Positions 28,419 through 38,461 of a stretch of DNA of 64,000 nt are shown piece after piece. Where the stretch lies: positions 98,087-162,086 of the forward strand of contig CAVWBU010000018.1 of assembly GCA_963753345.1 (NCBI GenBank). Direction: 5' to 3'. The translations under genes and the position numbers were made by a program. The notes beneath the pieces were generated by a model. It did no database searches. It was given only the letters and a program-made list of their open reading frames with translations, and was not told the origin of the DNA. This DNA comes from an uncultured Fibrobacterota bacterium (GTDB lineage: Bacteria > Fibrobacterota > Chitinivibrionia > Chitinivibrionales > FEN-1185). Numbering within the stretch: position 1 is the first letter of the stretch; each line of letters opens with the position of its first letter.

Positions 28419-31400
28419 CTACTTCTTCTTTCCCGCCTCTTCGAGAATGTCCTTGTCGTTCGGGTCCAATGCAAGCGCCTTGTCGAGGTGCTGTTTGTAC
28501 CCCGTCATGTCCTTCTGGGCCTTTGCGAGTTTGGCGAGCCCGAGCTCTGCCCTTGCACAGTTCGGGTCTGCCTTGAGGGCGCGGTCGTAAAACGTTTTCG
28601 CCCACTGCAGCTTGGACTGGTTGAGGTACACGTCGGCGCGCTCGCAGATGGCCGGCGTGTAGTTCGGGTTGATGTACGAGATTTCCTTGTACGTTTCCAC
28701 CGCGTCGTCCCACTTGCCCTGGATCGACTGGATCTTGCCGTACAGCATGAGTGCCGCGATATTCTCCGGGTCGGTGGCCGTGATGTCCTTGATGGTGCTC
28801 TCGGCCTGTGCGTACACGCCCGCGAGGTACAGGGCCTCGGCGTACTTGAGCAGGGTCTTGTTATCGCGCTTCTTCTGCACGATCTGCTGCATCACGTCAA
28901 GAGCCTTCTTCGACTGGCCGGTTGACTTATACAGGTCAAACAGGGTCATGCGGATGGTCTCGTCGTCGGGCTTCAGCTTGTCGGCCTTTTCCAGAAGCTC
29001 AAGCGCATCCTTGGAACGGTCGGTCTGGATATAGCCCTGAGCGAGCGGGACCATGTACGCGGGTTCGTTTGGTTTGAGCGCGTTGGCCGTTTCCAGGAAC
29101 ATCATGGCGTCGTTGTATTTCTTTTTCGCCACGAGCATAGCGCCGATCTTGCCGGCCGCGTCGGCGTTCTCCGGGTCGAGCTGGATGAATTTTCTGAACG
29201 CCTCCAGCTCGTCCTTGTCCTTGCCGAGCTTGTCGTATACCTGGCCCATCTCAAACCACATTGACGGAATGGTGTCGGCCAGGGTCGAGCATTTCTTGAG
29301 CAGGGCCAGCGCCTTGTCGAGCGTTGACTTCTGCTTGGCATAATAGAGTCCTGCGGCGAGGAAACTCTTGTAATCCTTGGGATACGCCACGGTGTTCTCT
29401 TCGTACATCTTTGCCGCCGCGGCCGGGTTTGTCGCCTCGGTGAGCTGCGCCTTCCGCAACGAGGCCTCCGGGTCCTTTACGCCGGACAGCTTGGTATAAA
29501 TCGAGTACACTTCGAGCGCCTTTGCCGCGTTGCTGGACTTGTCGTATGCCTCGCCGAGCAACTTCATCACGGTTGTGGTTCCCGCGTGTTTCTGCGTGAG
29601 CTTGCCGTTGATTTCACGGAACCGTTCAAAGAGCTCGATCGCCTTCTTGTAGTCTTTTGTGTAGGAGCAGGCCTGTCCGTACACGAAAATGAAGTCGATC
29701 GACTTGGCAGCGTCGCCGGTCACCAGCGCCAGGTACTTCACCGCCTCTTCGTAGTTCTTTGCGGCAAACGCGGCTTCGCCTACGGAACGCGCCACGGACA
29801 CGTCCTTCGGGTTCTTGTCGAGGTACTTCTTGTACATCGACAGCGCCTGCGACGCCTTGTTCTGCTTGGTGTAGAGATCGCCGAGCGCCTTGTAATCGGC
29901 GACGGCGTCCGGGTTCATGGCAATCGACTGCTCGTAGGAGATCACGGCGTCGTTCACGTCGCCGTTCTTGGCCTGGCACAGCGCAAGCGACGAAAGCACG
30001 CTTACATTGCGCGCGTCGAGCGCGAGGGCCTTCTGGTACATGGCGACCGCCTTTGCGAATTGACCCTCCTTCTGGTAGATGCCGCCGAGCGAGGAGTACA
30101 TCGCGGCGTCGGCTTCGCCTGCGGCGACCGCGCCCGCGAGGGCCTTGCCGATTTCGTCGGGCGTGCCGCGCGACATCACGAGCTCGCAGTAGCGTTTGTA
30201 AAATCCCTTGAGCGACGGGTCGGCCTTGAGCGCGGCCCGGTAGGCGGCAAGCGCGCCGGCCAAATCCTTCTGCTCGTAGAGCATGTCCCCGAGGCTCTTC
30301 TGCGCGCTTGCATCCGCAGGATTGAGCGCAACGTACTTCTTGAGATTGGCAGTGGCGTCGGCGGTGTTGCCGGCCTTCTCGGCAATCTCGTACAGCGTCT
30401 TGAAAACGTCCGGATTCGTGGGCGTGAGGACCGCGAGCTGCCGGAAAATTTCCGCCGCCTTTGTGCAGGACTTGCTCTTGTAGCATGCCTGGCCGTACAG
30501 GAGCAGATAGGCAGCGGTCTTGGCGTCGGGACCGGTCACCATGCCGAGGTATTTGACCGCCTCGTCGTAGTCCTTGGTCTTGTTCTCGTACTCACCGACG
30601 GCCATTGCCGTTTTGTAATCGGAAGGATTTTTCTCGAGGCACTTCTTGTACATGTTCATGGCCTGGTCTGTCTTGTTCTGCTTCATATACAAATCGGCAA
30701 GCATCTTGTACTGCTTGATGTCCTGCGGATTGAGCGCCACCACCTGCTCGTAGGAGATGGTCGCCTCCTTAACGTTGCCGCTTTTGGCCTGGCAATAGGC
30801 GAGCGAGGAGAGCGCGTCGGTGTTGCGCGGGTCAAGCTGCAGGGCCTTCTGGTACATGTCGATCGCTTTCGGATAATTCGCCGATTTCATGTACACGCCG
30901 CCGAGCGTGGCGAACATGGGCGCGTCGGCCTCGCCCGCGGCGATGGCGCCCTTGAGCGCCTTGACAATCGCTTCCTGCACGCCCCCGGCCGTCACGAGCT
31001 CGACGTATCGTTTGTAAAAGCCCTTCACCGACGGGTCCGCCTTGAGCGCCGCATCGTATGCGGCGAGCGCGCCCGCAGTGTTCTTCTCCTCGTACAGGAT
31101 GTCCCCGAGGTTTTTCTGCGCCGAGGCGTCGGCCGGCTTGAGGCTCAGGTATTTCTTGAGATAGCCGGACGTCTCTTTCTTGTTGCCGCCCTCCTTGGAC
31201 GAGATGTCGTACAACATTCTGAACACTTCAGCGTTGAGCGGCGTAAGCTTGGCAAGTTCGAGAAGGACCTCGGAGGCTTTCTTGTTATTTTTGGCGTTGT
31301 AGCAAGCCTGGGCGTATTTAAAGAGGAACTCGGCGCCCTTGGCCTCGGTTCCGCCCACCATGCCGAAATACTTCATCGCCTCGTCGTAGTTTTTCTGGCC

Positions 31401-34400
31401 GTTCAGATAGTCGGCGACCGTGAGCGCGACCTTGAAATTGGTCGGCCGCTTCTCGAGGTATTTCTTGTACATCGAAACGGCCTGGCTTGTTTTCTGCTGC
31501 TGCATGTAAAGGTCGCCGAGGGTCTTATAGTCGTCGATTGCCTCGGGGTTCATGGCGACGGACTGTTCGTAGGAAACGACCGCGTCGTTGACGTTGCCGT
31601 TCTTCGCCTGGCACTGGCCCAGGGCCGAGAGGATCTTTACGTTCTTCGGGTCAAGCTGGAGAGATTTCTGGAAGTACTCAACCGCCTTGACGCATGCGCC
31701 GGCCTTCTGGTTGATGATCCCGATGGCCTCGTACATCTGCGCGTCGGCCTCGCCCGCGGCGATGGCGCCTTTCATGGCGGCGACCACGTCCTTCGGAACG
31801 CCTTTCGTCGACACTATCTCAACATAGCGTTTGTAAAAGCCCTTGATCGCCGGATCGGCCTTGAGCGCGGCCTGGTATGCGGCGAGCGCGGCGTCGAAGT
31901 TTTTCTGTTCGTACATCAGGTCGCCCAGGTTCTTCTGCGCGGCCGCATCGCCGGGCTTGAGGGAAACATATTTCTTAAGGTACGATGCCGCTTCCACCTT
32001 GGAGGCGCCGCTTTCAACCGCAATATCGTAGAGCGTCTTGTCCACTTCCGCGTTGAGCGGCGTGATGGCGGCCAGCCGGTTAAGCACCTCGGTGGCCTTC
32101 TTGTAGTTCTTGGCAAGGTAGCACGCCTGGCCGTAGCGGAAAAGGAATTCCGGGTTCTTGGCGTCGGCTCCGCCGACCATGCCGTAATACTTGAGGGCGT
32201 CCTCGTAGTCTTTCTGGGCAAAGGAGTAATCGCCCACGGCCTTGGCAACCGCGAAATCCGTGGGTTTCTTCTCAAGGTATTTTTTGTACATGGCGATCGA
32301 CTGGCTCGTCTTGTTCTGTTTGGCGTACATGTCGCCGAGGGCTTTGTATTCGTCAACCGCCTTGTCGTTCATCGCCACGGCCTGCTCGTAGGAAATCACG
32401 GCCTCGTTCGTGTTGCCGCTCTTGGCCTGGCACTGCGCCACTGCCGAGAGGATGGCGACGTTTTTCGGATCTATCTGCAGGGCCTTCTGGTACATATCGA
32501 TCGCCTTTGCGTACGCGCCCTGCTTCTGGTACACGTTGCCGAGCGAGCTGTACATGGCCGCGTCGGCCTCGCCGGCCGCCACCGCGCCGGTAAGCGCCTT
32601 GACAAGCTCCTCCGGCGTGCCCTTCAATCCGACCAGCTCGACGTAGCGTTTGTAAAAACCCTTGATGGCCGGATCCGCGGCGAGCGCCGCCCGGTAGGCG
32701 GCGAGCGCGCCCGCGTTGCTCTTCGCCTCGTACAGCATGTCGCCCAGGTTTTTCTGCGCCTCGGCATCGCCGGGCTTGAGTGCCGCGTATTTCTGCAGAT
32801 ACGACGCGGACTCGGTCTTGGGGCTGCCGTCCTTGGAGGCAATGTCGTACAGCGTTCTGAACACGTCGGCGTTTTTCGGCGTGATCGCGGAGAGCTTGAC
32901 AAAGAGTTCTTTTGCCTTTTTATAGTCCTTTACGGAATAGCAGGATTGGGCGTAGCGGTACAGCAGGTCGGCATCGTTCGTTTCGGCGCCCACGATCATC
33001 GCGAAGTATTTGATGGCCTCGTCGTAGTTCTTCTGGCCGTACTCGTAGTCGGCAATGATCTTTGCAATCCTTCGGTCGGCCGGTTTCTTGGCCAGATATT
33101 TTTTGTACACAGTAACGGCCTGGCCCGTCTTCTTCTGCTGCAGGTACAGGTCGCCGAGTTCCTTGTATTCCTCCACGGCCTTGTCGTTCATTGCAATGGC
33201 CTGCTCGTAGGAAATCACCGCTTCGTTCACGTTGCCGCTTTTTGCCTGGCACAGCGCGATGGATGAAAGAACCGTCACGTTTTTCGGGTCGATGGAGAGC
33301 GCCTTCTGGTACATATCGATGGCTTTGTTGTATGCCCCCTGCTTTTGGTAGACGTTGCCGAGCGAGCCGTACATTGCGGCGTCCGCTTCGCCCGCGGCGA
33401 TTGCGCCGGTGAGCGCCTTGACAAGCTCCTCCGGCGTGCCCTTCAGCCCGACCAGCTCGACATAGCGTTTGTAAAAGCCCTTAAGGGAGGAATCGGCGGC
33501 GAGGGCGGAACGGTACGCGGCGAGCGCGCCGGCCTGGTTCTTCATCTCGTACATCATGTCGCCAAGGTTTTTCTGGGCCTCGGCGTCGCCGGGCTTGAGC
33601 GCGGCGTATTTCTGCAGATAGGAAGATGCCTCTGCGCGCGCCGTGCTGTCTTTTGAGGTGATGTCGAACAGCAGACGGTACACTTCGGCGTTCTTGGGAG
33701 TAATCACCGCGACCTGGACAAGAATCTCCTTTGCCTTCTTGGTGTCCTTCACAAAGTAGGCCGACTGCCCGTAGCGGAACAGGAGCTCCGCGTCCTTGGT
33801 GGCCGCGCTGATCGCCATGGCGTAGTATTTCACGGCCTCGTCGTAGTTCTTTTGTCCGAACTCGTAGTCGGCCACCAGCCTGGCGATATGGTGCTCGCCG
33901 GCCTTTTTCGCGAGATACCGTTTGTAAACGCCAATCGCCTGCGCGGTCTTGTTCTGCTGCTGATACAGGTCGCCCAGCGCGCGGAGCTCGTCAACCGCCT
34001 TGTCGTTCATGGCGATCGCCTGTTCGTAAGAGACAATGGCTTCCTTGGCATTGCCGGTCTTAGCCTGGCAATGTGCGAGCATGGCGAGCACCGCAGTGTT
34101 CCTCGGGTCGAGCTGCACCGATTTCTGGAGCATCTCGATGGCCTTGGGGTAGAGGTTCTGCTTGACGTACAGGGCGCCCAGCTGGGCGTACGTCTGGGCG
34201 TCGGCTTCGGCCGTGGCGATGGCGCCGCTCAGCGCCGCGATGAGTTCGGTGGGATCCTGCGGTGACGGCCCCAGAAGCTCCGCATACCGTTTGTAAACGC
34301 CCTTGATGGCGGGGTCTATCTTCACAACCGCGCGATACGCGGCGAGCGCACCGGCCATGTCTTTCTTTTCGTACAGGAGTTCGCCCAGCGCCTTCTGCGC

Positions 34401-36212
34401 GCCGGGGTCCAACGGCTTGATGGCAACATAGTCCCGCAGATACAGCACCGCGTCGGCGGTGTTGTTCGTCTTCATGGAGATGTCGTAAAGGCTTTTGAAT
34501 ATGTCGGCGTCTTTGGGCGACAGCAGCGAGAGTTCCTTGAACTGCTCGAGCGCGGCCTTGGTGTCGCCCTGGGAAAGGGCGTACTTGGCGAGGCGCTGGC
34601 GCGACGCGAGGTTGCGGGAATCCAGAGAAAGGATCTTCCTGTCTATTTCGGCGAGGCGAGAAGGCTCGTTGAGCTGTTCGTAGCACAGCGCGAGCGAGAG
34701 CCAGTACTCCTTGTTGTTGGGTTGCTTGCGCACCATGAACTCGAACTGATCGCGGGCGTCCTTGTAGTTCTTGTCCTTCATGTAAATGGTTGAGAGCACC
34801 ATGCGCGGGTCCCAGAGCGTCGGGTCGAGGTGCAGCGCGGATTCGGCAGCATCGCGCGCCATGTCGGGCTGATTGAGCGCGAACGACGCCATGGCCATGC
34901 CCTGTGCGGCAAGGGCGGACCGCTCCAGGGTGTAGCTTTTCTGGAAATACTTGATCGCGTCCTGGTACCGTTTCGTCTTCAGGTTGTAGTCGCCGAGCGC
35001 CATCTGGATTTTCGGATTGTTCGGATTGAGCGCGAGCATTTTTTCGTACACCACCTTGGCCTTGTCTGCCTGCCCGGTCTTGGTGTACAATTCTCCGAGT
35101 TTCGCATAGGCTTCGACGTTGTTCGCGTTTGTCGCCAGCTCCCTTTCGAGGTGGAACATGGCCTTTTTCGCCGCGTCGAGGCCTTCGTAGCACTGTGCAA
35201 GTGAATAATTGATGTCGGGCACGATCCTGCCCGTGGAATCGGCGGCATAGATGGCCTCGAAATGCACGAGCGCTCCCTGGTAGTTCTTCTTCTCCAGCTG
35301 ATATGCGCCGATTACGCGGTGCGCCTCCAAGGCTTCTTTGCCCTTTGAGGCTCCGATTTTTTCAAGAAAATCCTCGTACACCTTGGCGATTTTTTCCGCA
35401 GGCGCGCTTGCCTTGGAAAGCGACACGGCCCACATATAATAATCCTGCGCGGAGAATTGGCCCTTTGACGACGACGCTTCGAATTCCTCGGCAGCGTCCC
35501 CGAATTTCTGCGCGGTGTAGTAAATTTTCGCAAGCTCGTAGCTGGCCTCGAGCGACGTGGGCTTTTTTTCCTTTGCGAGTTTGAGATACACAATCGCCGA
35601 ATCGGGCGGGCTTGCGAGCCCTATCTTGAGAGCAAGAGCGCCGTCGGGCTGCTTTGCATAAACAGCCTTGAGCAGTTCGAGCGCCCTGGGAAACGCCTTT
35701 TCCGAGTAGTAAATTATGCCGAGTTCCTTGACCGCGGCAATATTGGATGGGTCGGCCTCGACGACTTTTTCAAGCGCCTTCTTGGCTTCGGCGGATTTGC
35801 CAAGGGCGATGCATGCGCGCGCGAACTCCCAGCTCGCGTCTGCGGTGAAGTTGACGTCGAGCGCTTTTTTCGCGGCGGGCGCGGCGTTGGCGGGCTGGTT
35901 CATCGAGTTGTAGACCTTGGCGATGCCCAGGTACGCATCGTAACTCTTCGCGTCCATGCGCGTGGCGACCAGATAGCAGGCGAGCGCCTTTTCGGTGAGG
36001 CCGAGCTCGAGGTTTGCCTTGCCGATTTTCACCCATAGAACCGCATCACGGGCGGTCGTCGGAATCTTCTTGTCGGCGTAGGAGAGTGCGTCGGTGTAAT
36101 TCTTCTGCTCCATCAACTTATCGAATGTCTCGTCGCTATACGCGAGGGAAACGGTAAGAAGAAGCATTAGGGACGAGATAATGTTGCGCGCGTGTGGGCG
36201 ACTCCTACTCAT
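28419..36212 (-). CDS. Giant secreted tetratricopeptide-repeat protein (2597 aa)
   Basis: Signal peptide (..LLLTVSLAYS|DE); continuous 34-aa TPR motifs (LG..Y...G.Y.KAI..YQKAL..DP.N); six super-repeats. Confidence 0.95.
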   Translation of the reverse strand: MSRSRPHARNIISSLMLLLTVSLAYSDETFDKLMEQKNYTDALSYADKKIPTTARDAVLWVKIGKANLELGLTEKALACYLVATRMDAKSYDAYLGIAKVYNSMNQPANAAPAAKKALDVNFTADASWEFARACIALGKSAEAKKALEKVVEADPSNIAAVKELGIIYYSEKAFPRALELLKAVYAKQPDGALALKIGLASPPDSAIVYLKLAKEKKPTSLEASYELAKIYYTAQKFGDAAEEFEASSSKGQFSAQDYYMWAVSLSKASAPAEKIAKVYEDFLEKIGASKGKEALEAHRVIGAYQLEKKNYQGALVHFEAIYAADSTGRIVPDINYSLAQCYEGLDAAKKAMFHLERELATNANNVEAYAKLGELYTKTGQADKAKVVYEKMLALNPNNPKIQMALGDYNLKTKRYQDAIKYFQKSYTLERSALAAQGMAMASFALNQPDMARDAAESALHLDPTLWDPRMVLSTIYMKDKNYKDARDQFEFMVRKQPNNKEYWLSLALCYEQLNEPSRLAEIDRKILSLDSRNLASRQRLAKYALSQGDTKAALEQFKELSLLSPKDADIFKSLYDISMKTNNTADAVLYLRDYVAIKPLDPGAQKALGELLYEKKDMAGALAAYRAVVKIDPAIKGVYKRYAELLGPSPQDPTELIAALSGAIATAEADAQTYAQLGALYVKQNLYPKAIEMLQKSVQLDPRNTAVLAMLAHCQAKTGNAKEAIVSYEQAIAMNDKAVDELRALGDLYQQQNKTAQAIGVYKRYLAKKAGEHHIARLVADYEFGQKNYDEAVKYYAMAISAATKDAELLFRYGQSAYFVKDTKKAKEILVQVAVITPKNAEVYRLLFDITSKDSTARAEASSYLQKYAALKPGDAEAQKNLGDMMYEMKNQAGALAAYRSALAADSSLKGFYKRYVELVGLKGTPEELVKALTGAIAAGEADAAMYGSLGNVYQKQGAYNKAIDMYQKALSIDPKNVTVLSSIALCQAKSGNVNEAVISYEQAIAMNDKAVEEYKELGDLYLQQKKTGQAVTVYKKYLAKKPADRRIAKIIADYEYGQKNYDEAIKYFAMIVGAETNDADLLYRYAQSCYSVKDYKKAKELFVKLSAITPKNADVFRTLYDIASKDGSPKTESASYLQKYAALKPGDAEAQKNLGDMLYEAKSNAGALAAYRAALAADPAIKGFYKRYVELVGLKGTPEELVKALTGAVAAGEADAAMYSSLGNVYQKQGAYAKAIDMYQKALQIDPKNVAILSAVAQCQAKSGNTNEAVISYEQAVAMNDKAVDEYKALGDMYAKQNKTSQSIAMYKKYLEKKPTDFAVAKAVGDYSFAQKDYEDALKYYGMVGGADAKNPEFLFRYGQACYLAKNYKKATEVLNRLAAITPLNAEVDKTLYDIAVESGASKVEAASYLKKYVSLKPGDAAAQKNLGDLMYEQKNFDAALAAYQAALKADPAIKGFYKRYVEIVSTKGVPKDVVAAMKGAIAAGEADAQMYEAIGIINQKAGACVKAVEYFQKSLQLDPKNVKILSALGQCQAKNGNVNDAVVSYEQSVAMNPEAIDDYKTLGDLYMQQQKTSQAVSMYKKYLEKRPTNFKVALTVADYLNGQKNYDEAMKYFGMVGGTEAKGAEFLFKYAQACYNAKNNKKASEVLLELAKLTPLNAEVFRMLYDISSKEGGNKKETSGYLKKYLSLKPADASAQKNLGDILYEEKNTAGALAAYDAALKADPSVKGFYKRYVELVTAGGVQEAIVKALKGAIAAGEADAPMFATLGGVYMKSANYPKAIDMYQKALQLDPRNTDALSSLAYCQAKSGNVKEATISYEQVVALNPQDIKQYKMLADLYMKQNKTDQAMNMYKKCLEKNPSDYKTAMAVGEYENKTKDYDEAVKYLGMVTGPDAKTAAYLLLYGQACYKSKSCTKAAEIFRQLAVLTPTNPDVFKTLYEIAEKAGNTADATANLKKYVALNPADASAQKSLGDMLYEQKDLAGALAAYRAALKADPSLKGFYKRYCELVMSRGTPDEIGKALAGAVAAGEADAAMYSSLGGIYQKEGQFAKAVAMYQKALALDARNVSVLSSLALCQAKNGDVNDAVISYEQSIAMNPDAVADYKALGDLYTKQNKASQALSMYKKYLDKNPKDVSVARSVGEAAFAAKNYEEAVKYLALVTGDAAKSIDFIFVYGQACSYTKDYKKAIELFERFREINGKLTQKHAGTTTVMKLLGEAYDKSSNAAKALEVYSIYTKLSGVKDPEASLRKAQLTEATNPAAAAKMYEENTVAYPKDYKSFLAAGLYYAKQKSTLDKALALLKKCSTLADTIPSMWFEMGQVYDKLGKDKDELEAFRKFIQLDPENADAAGKIGAMLVAKKKYNDAMMFLETANALKPNEPAYMVPLAQGYIQTDRSKDALELLEKADKLKPDDETIRMTLFDLYKSTGQSKKALDVMQQIVQKKRDNKTLLKYAEALYLAGVYAQAESTIKDITATDPENIAALMLYGKIQSIQGKWDDAVETYKEISYINPNYTPAICERADVYLNQSKLQWAKTFYDRALKADPNCARAELGLAKLAKAQKDMTGYKQHLDKALALDPNDKDILEEAGKKK

Positions 36213-36654
36213 AGCAAGGACTCCTTCCGGGTGTATGCAAAGAATTGATCTTGTATACTATACAATGTTTTAAGTGCAAAAAGCCATGGAAAGCTGTGGA
36301 AAGTAAAAATATATAATAGTGTGGGGAGGGGAAAGCACTTCTATTTAATACGGTTGGTTGATCCGGTCGTGCTCGATCCGGTTTCCAGCAGGAGGTCTTC
36401 TGCCGGATTGCCGCTTCATTCCCGTTGTCTTTCTCAAATGCCAATAGGCGGATGGCAAGAAATCACTCTAAGAAACAGATGTCTTTTGAAAAACTCCCTA
36501 TGGCGGCATTGATGGAACGCATGCTTATCCAATCATCATCAACTTGAAGAAAAAAGGCGAGTTTGAAACTATTGCTTGCTTGGTGGACGGCTCCTTCTCC
36601 ATTTATTATATTTCCACCATCCATAGTATCACTCAAGGACTATTTCTACTATAT

Positions 36655-38460
36655 ATGCCCGACACCAGACTCTCCATCCCGGTTTACGACGAAAAGACAA
36701 TCAAGACCCTCAGTTCCCTCGAACACATCCGGATGCGCCCGGGCATGTACATCGGACGGCTGGGCGACGGCACCAACCCGGACGACGGCATCTACATTCT
36801 GCTCAAGGAAGTAATCGACAATTCGATTGACGAATACATCATGGGGTTCGGCAAGAAAATCGACATTGCAATCGAGGAGGGCGTGATTTCGGTGCGCGAT
36901 TACGGCCGCGGCATACCCTTGGGCAAGGTGATCGAGTGCGTCTCGGTGATCAACACCGGCGCAAAGTACAACGATGACGTGTTCCAGTTCTCGGTGGGTC
37001 TCAACGGCGTGGGCACCAAGGCGGTCAACGGCATGTCGTCGCATTTCCGCGTGGCGTCGTTCCGCGACGGTGAGTTCTTCGAGGCCACGTTCTCAAAAGG
37101 CAAGATGCTTGCCAAGCGCAAGGGGAACGTTAAGGGCGAGCACAACGGCACGCTCATCGAGTTCACCCCCGACGCGGAACTGTTCGGCGAGTACTCGTTC
37201 AACCACGAATACGTTGAACGCAGGCTCTGGAACTATGCGTGCCTCAACACGGGCCTCAAGCTTATCTTCGGGAAGCAGACGTTCGAGTCGAAAAACGGCC
37301 TGCTCGATCTCCTGGGCAACGAAATAGGCGAGGGTACGGTGTACCCCATAGGCCATTACAAGACCAAGTACCTCGAGTTCGCCTTCACCCACACCGCCAC
37401 CTACGGCGAGACATACTTCTCTTTTGTAAACGGCCAGCTCACCAGCGATGGCGGCACGCACCTGTCGGCTTTCCGCGAAGGGGTGCTCAAGGGCATCCAG
37501 GAGTTCTACAAGAAAGACTACTCGGGCCTTGACGTGCGCGAAGGCATGGCGGGCGCCATTGCCGTGAAGCTCAAGGCGCCGGTGTTCGAGAGCCAGACCA
37601 AGAACAAGCTCGGCAACACCGAGATACGCGGCTGGGTAATTGCCGAAGTCAAGAGCGGCGTGGTTGACTTTCTCCACAAGAACCCGGAGAGCGCCAAGGC
37701 GCTGGAAAGCAAGATCGAACAGAATGAGCGGCTGCGCAAGGAACTCAACGCGGTCAAGAAGGAGGCCAAGGAGGCGGCCAAGCGCATTGAGATCAAAATC
37801 CCCTGCCTCAAGGACTGCAAATACCACCTGGGCGATTCAAAGCGCGGCGAGGAGTCCACCATCTTCCTTACCGAGGGGCAGTCCGCCGCCGGGTCCATCG
37901 TGTCGGCACGCGATGTGCAGACCCAGGCGATTTTCACGCTCAAGGGCAAGCCGGAAAACGTTTTTTCCCGCAACCGCGCGGCCATCTACCAGAACGAGGA
38001 GCTTTACAACCTGATGATGGCGCTCGGCATCGAGGAGAATATCGAAACCTTGCGGTACAACCGCATCGTGATCGCCACCGACGCCGACGTGGACGGATTC
38101 CACATCCGCTACCTGCTCATGACGTTTTTCCTCACCTATTTCGAGGACATGGTGGTCTCGAACCATCTTTACATACTGGAAACACCTTTGTTCCGCGTCC
38201 GCAACAGCAAGGAAACGCGCTACTGCTATTCCGAAAAGGAGCGCGACGCAGGGGTAAAGGACCTCAAGAACGCGGAGGTCACGCGGTTCAAGGGACTGGG
38301 GGAGATTTCTCCCAGCGAATTCGGCCAGTTCATCGGGGAGAACATGCGGCTCGTGGAAGTCAACGTCAAATCCATCAAGAACGTGCCGGAGACGCTCGAG
38401 TTCTACATGGGCAAGAACACGCCCGAGCGCAGGGACTTCATCATGGAGAACCTGGTGTAA
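36655..38460 (+). CDS. parE: Type IIA topoisomerase B subunit (topoisomerase IV type)
   Basis: EHIRMRPGMYIG, EVIDNSIDE, DYGRGIP, GLNGVG, TEGQSA, TDADVDG and RFKGLGE; start placed at MPDTR. Confidence 0.9.
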   Translation: MPDTRLSIPVYDEKTIKTLSSLEHIRMRPGMYIGRLGDGTNPDDGIYILLKEVIDNSIDEYIMGFGKKIDIAIEEGVISVRDYGRGIPLGKVIECVSVINTGAKYNDDVFQFSVGLNGVGTKAVNGMSSHFRVASFRDGEFFEATFSKGKMLAKRKGNVKGEHNGTLIEFTPDAELFGEYSFNHEYVERRLWNYACLNTGLKLIFGKQTFESKNGLLDLLGNEIGEGTVYPIGHYKTKYLEFAFTHTATYGETYFSFVNGQLTSDGGTHLSAFREGVLKGIQEFYKKDYSGLDVREGMAGAIAVKLKAPVFESQTKNKLGNTEIRGWVIAEVKSGVVDFLHKNPESAKALESKIEQNERLRKELNAVKKEAKEAAKRIEIKIPCLKDCKYHLGDSKRGEESTIFLTEGQSAAGSIVSARDVQTQAIFTLKGKPENVFSRNRAAIYQNEELYNLMMALGIEENIETLRYNRIVIATDADVDGFHIRYLLMTFFLTYFEDMVVSNHLYILETPLFRVRNSKETRYCYSEKERDAGVKDLKNAEVTRFKGLGEISPSEFGQFIGENMRLVEVNVKSIKNVPETLEFYMGKNTPERRDFIMENLV

Positions 38461-38461
38461 C

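Noticed and set aside
29586..33266. 1226-aa plus-strand ORF and other long antisense ORFs (e.g. 38441-40099, 5616-7046, 59554-60900)
   Set aside because: Shadow frames of real high-GC genes on the opposite strand, with no motifs.
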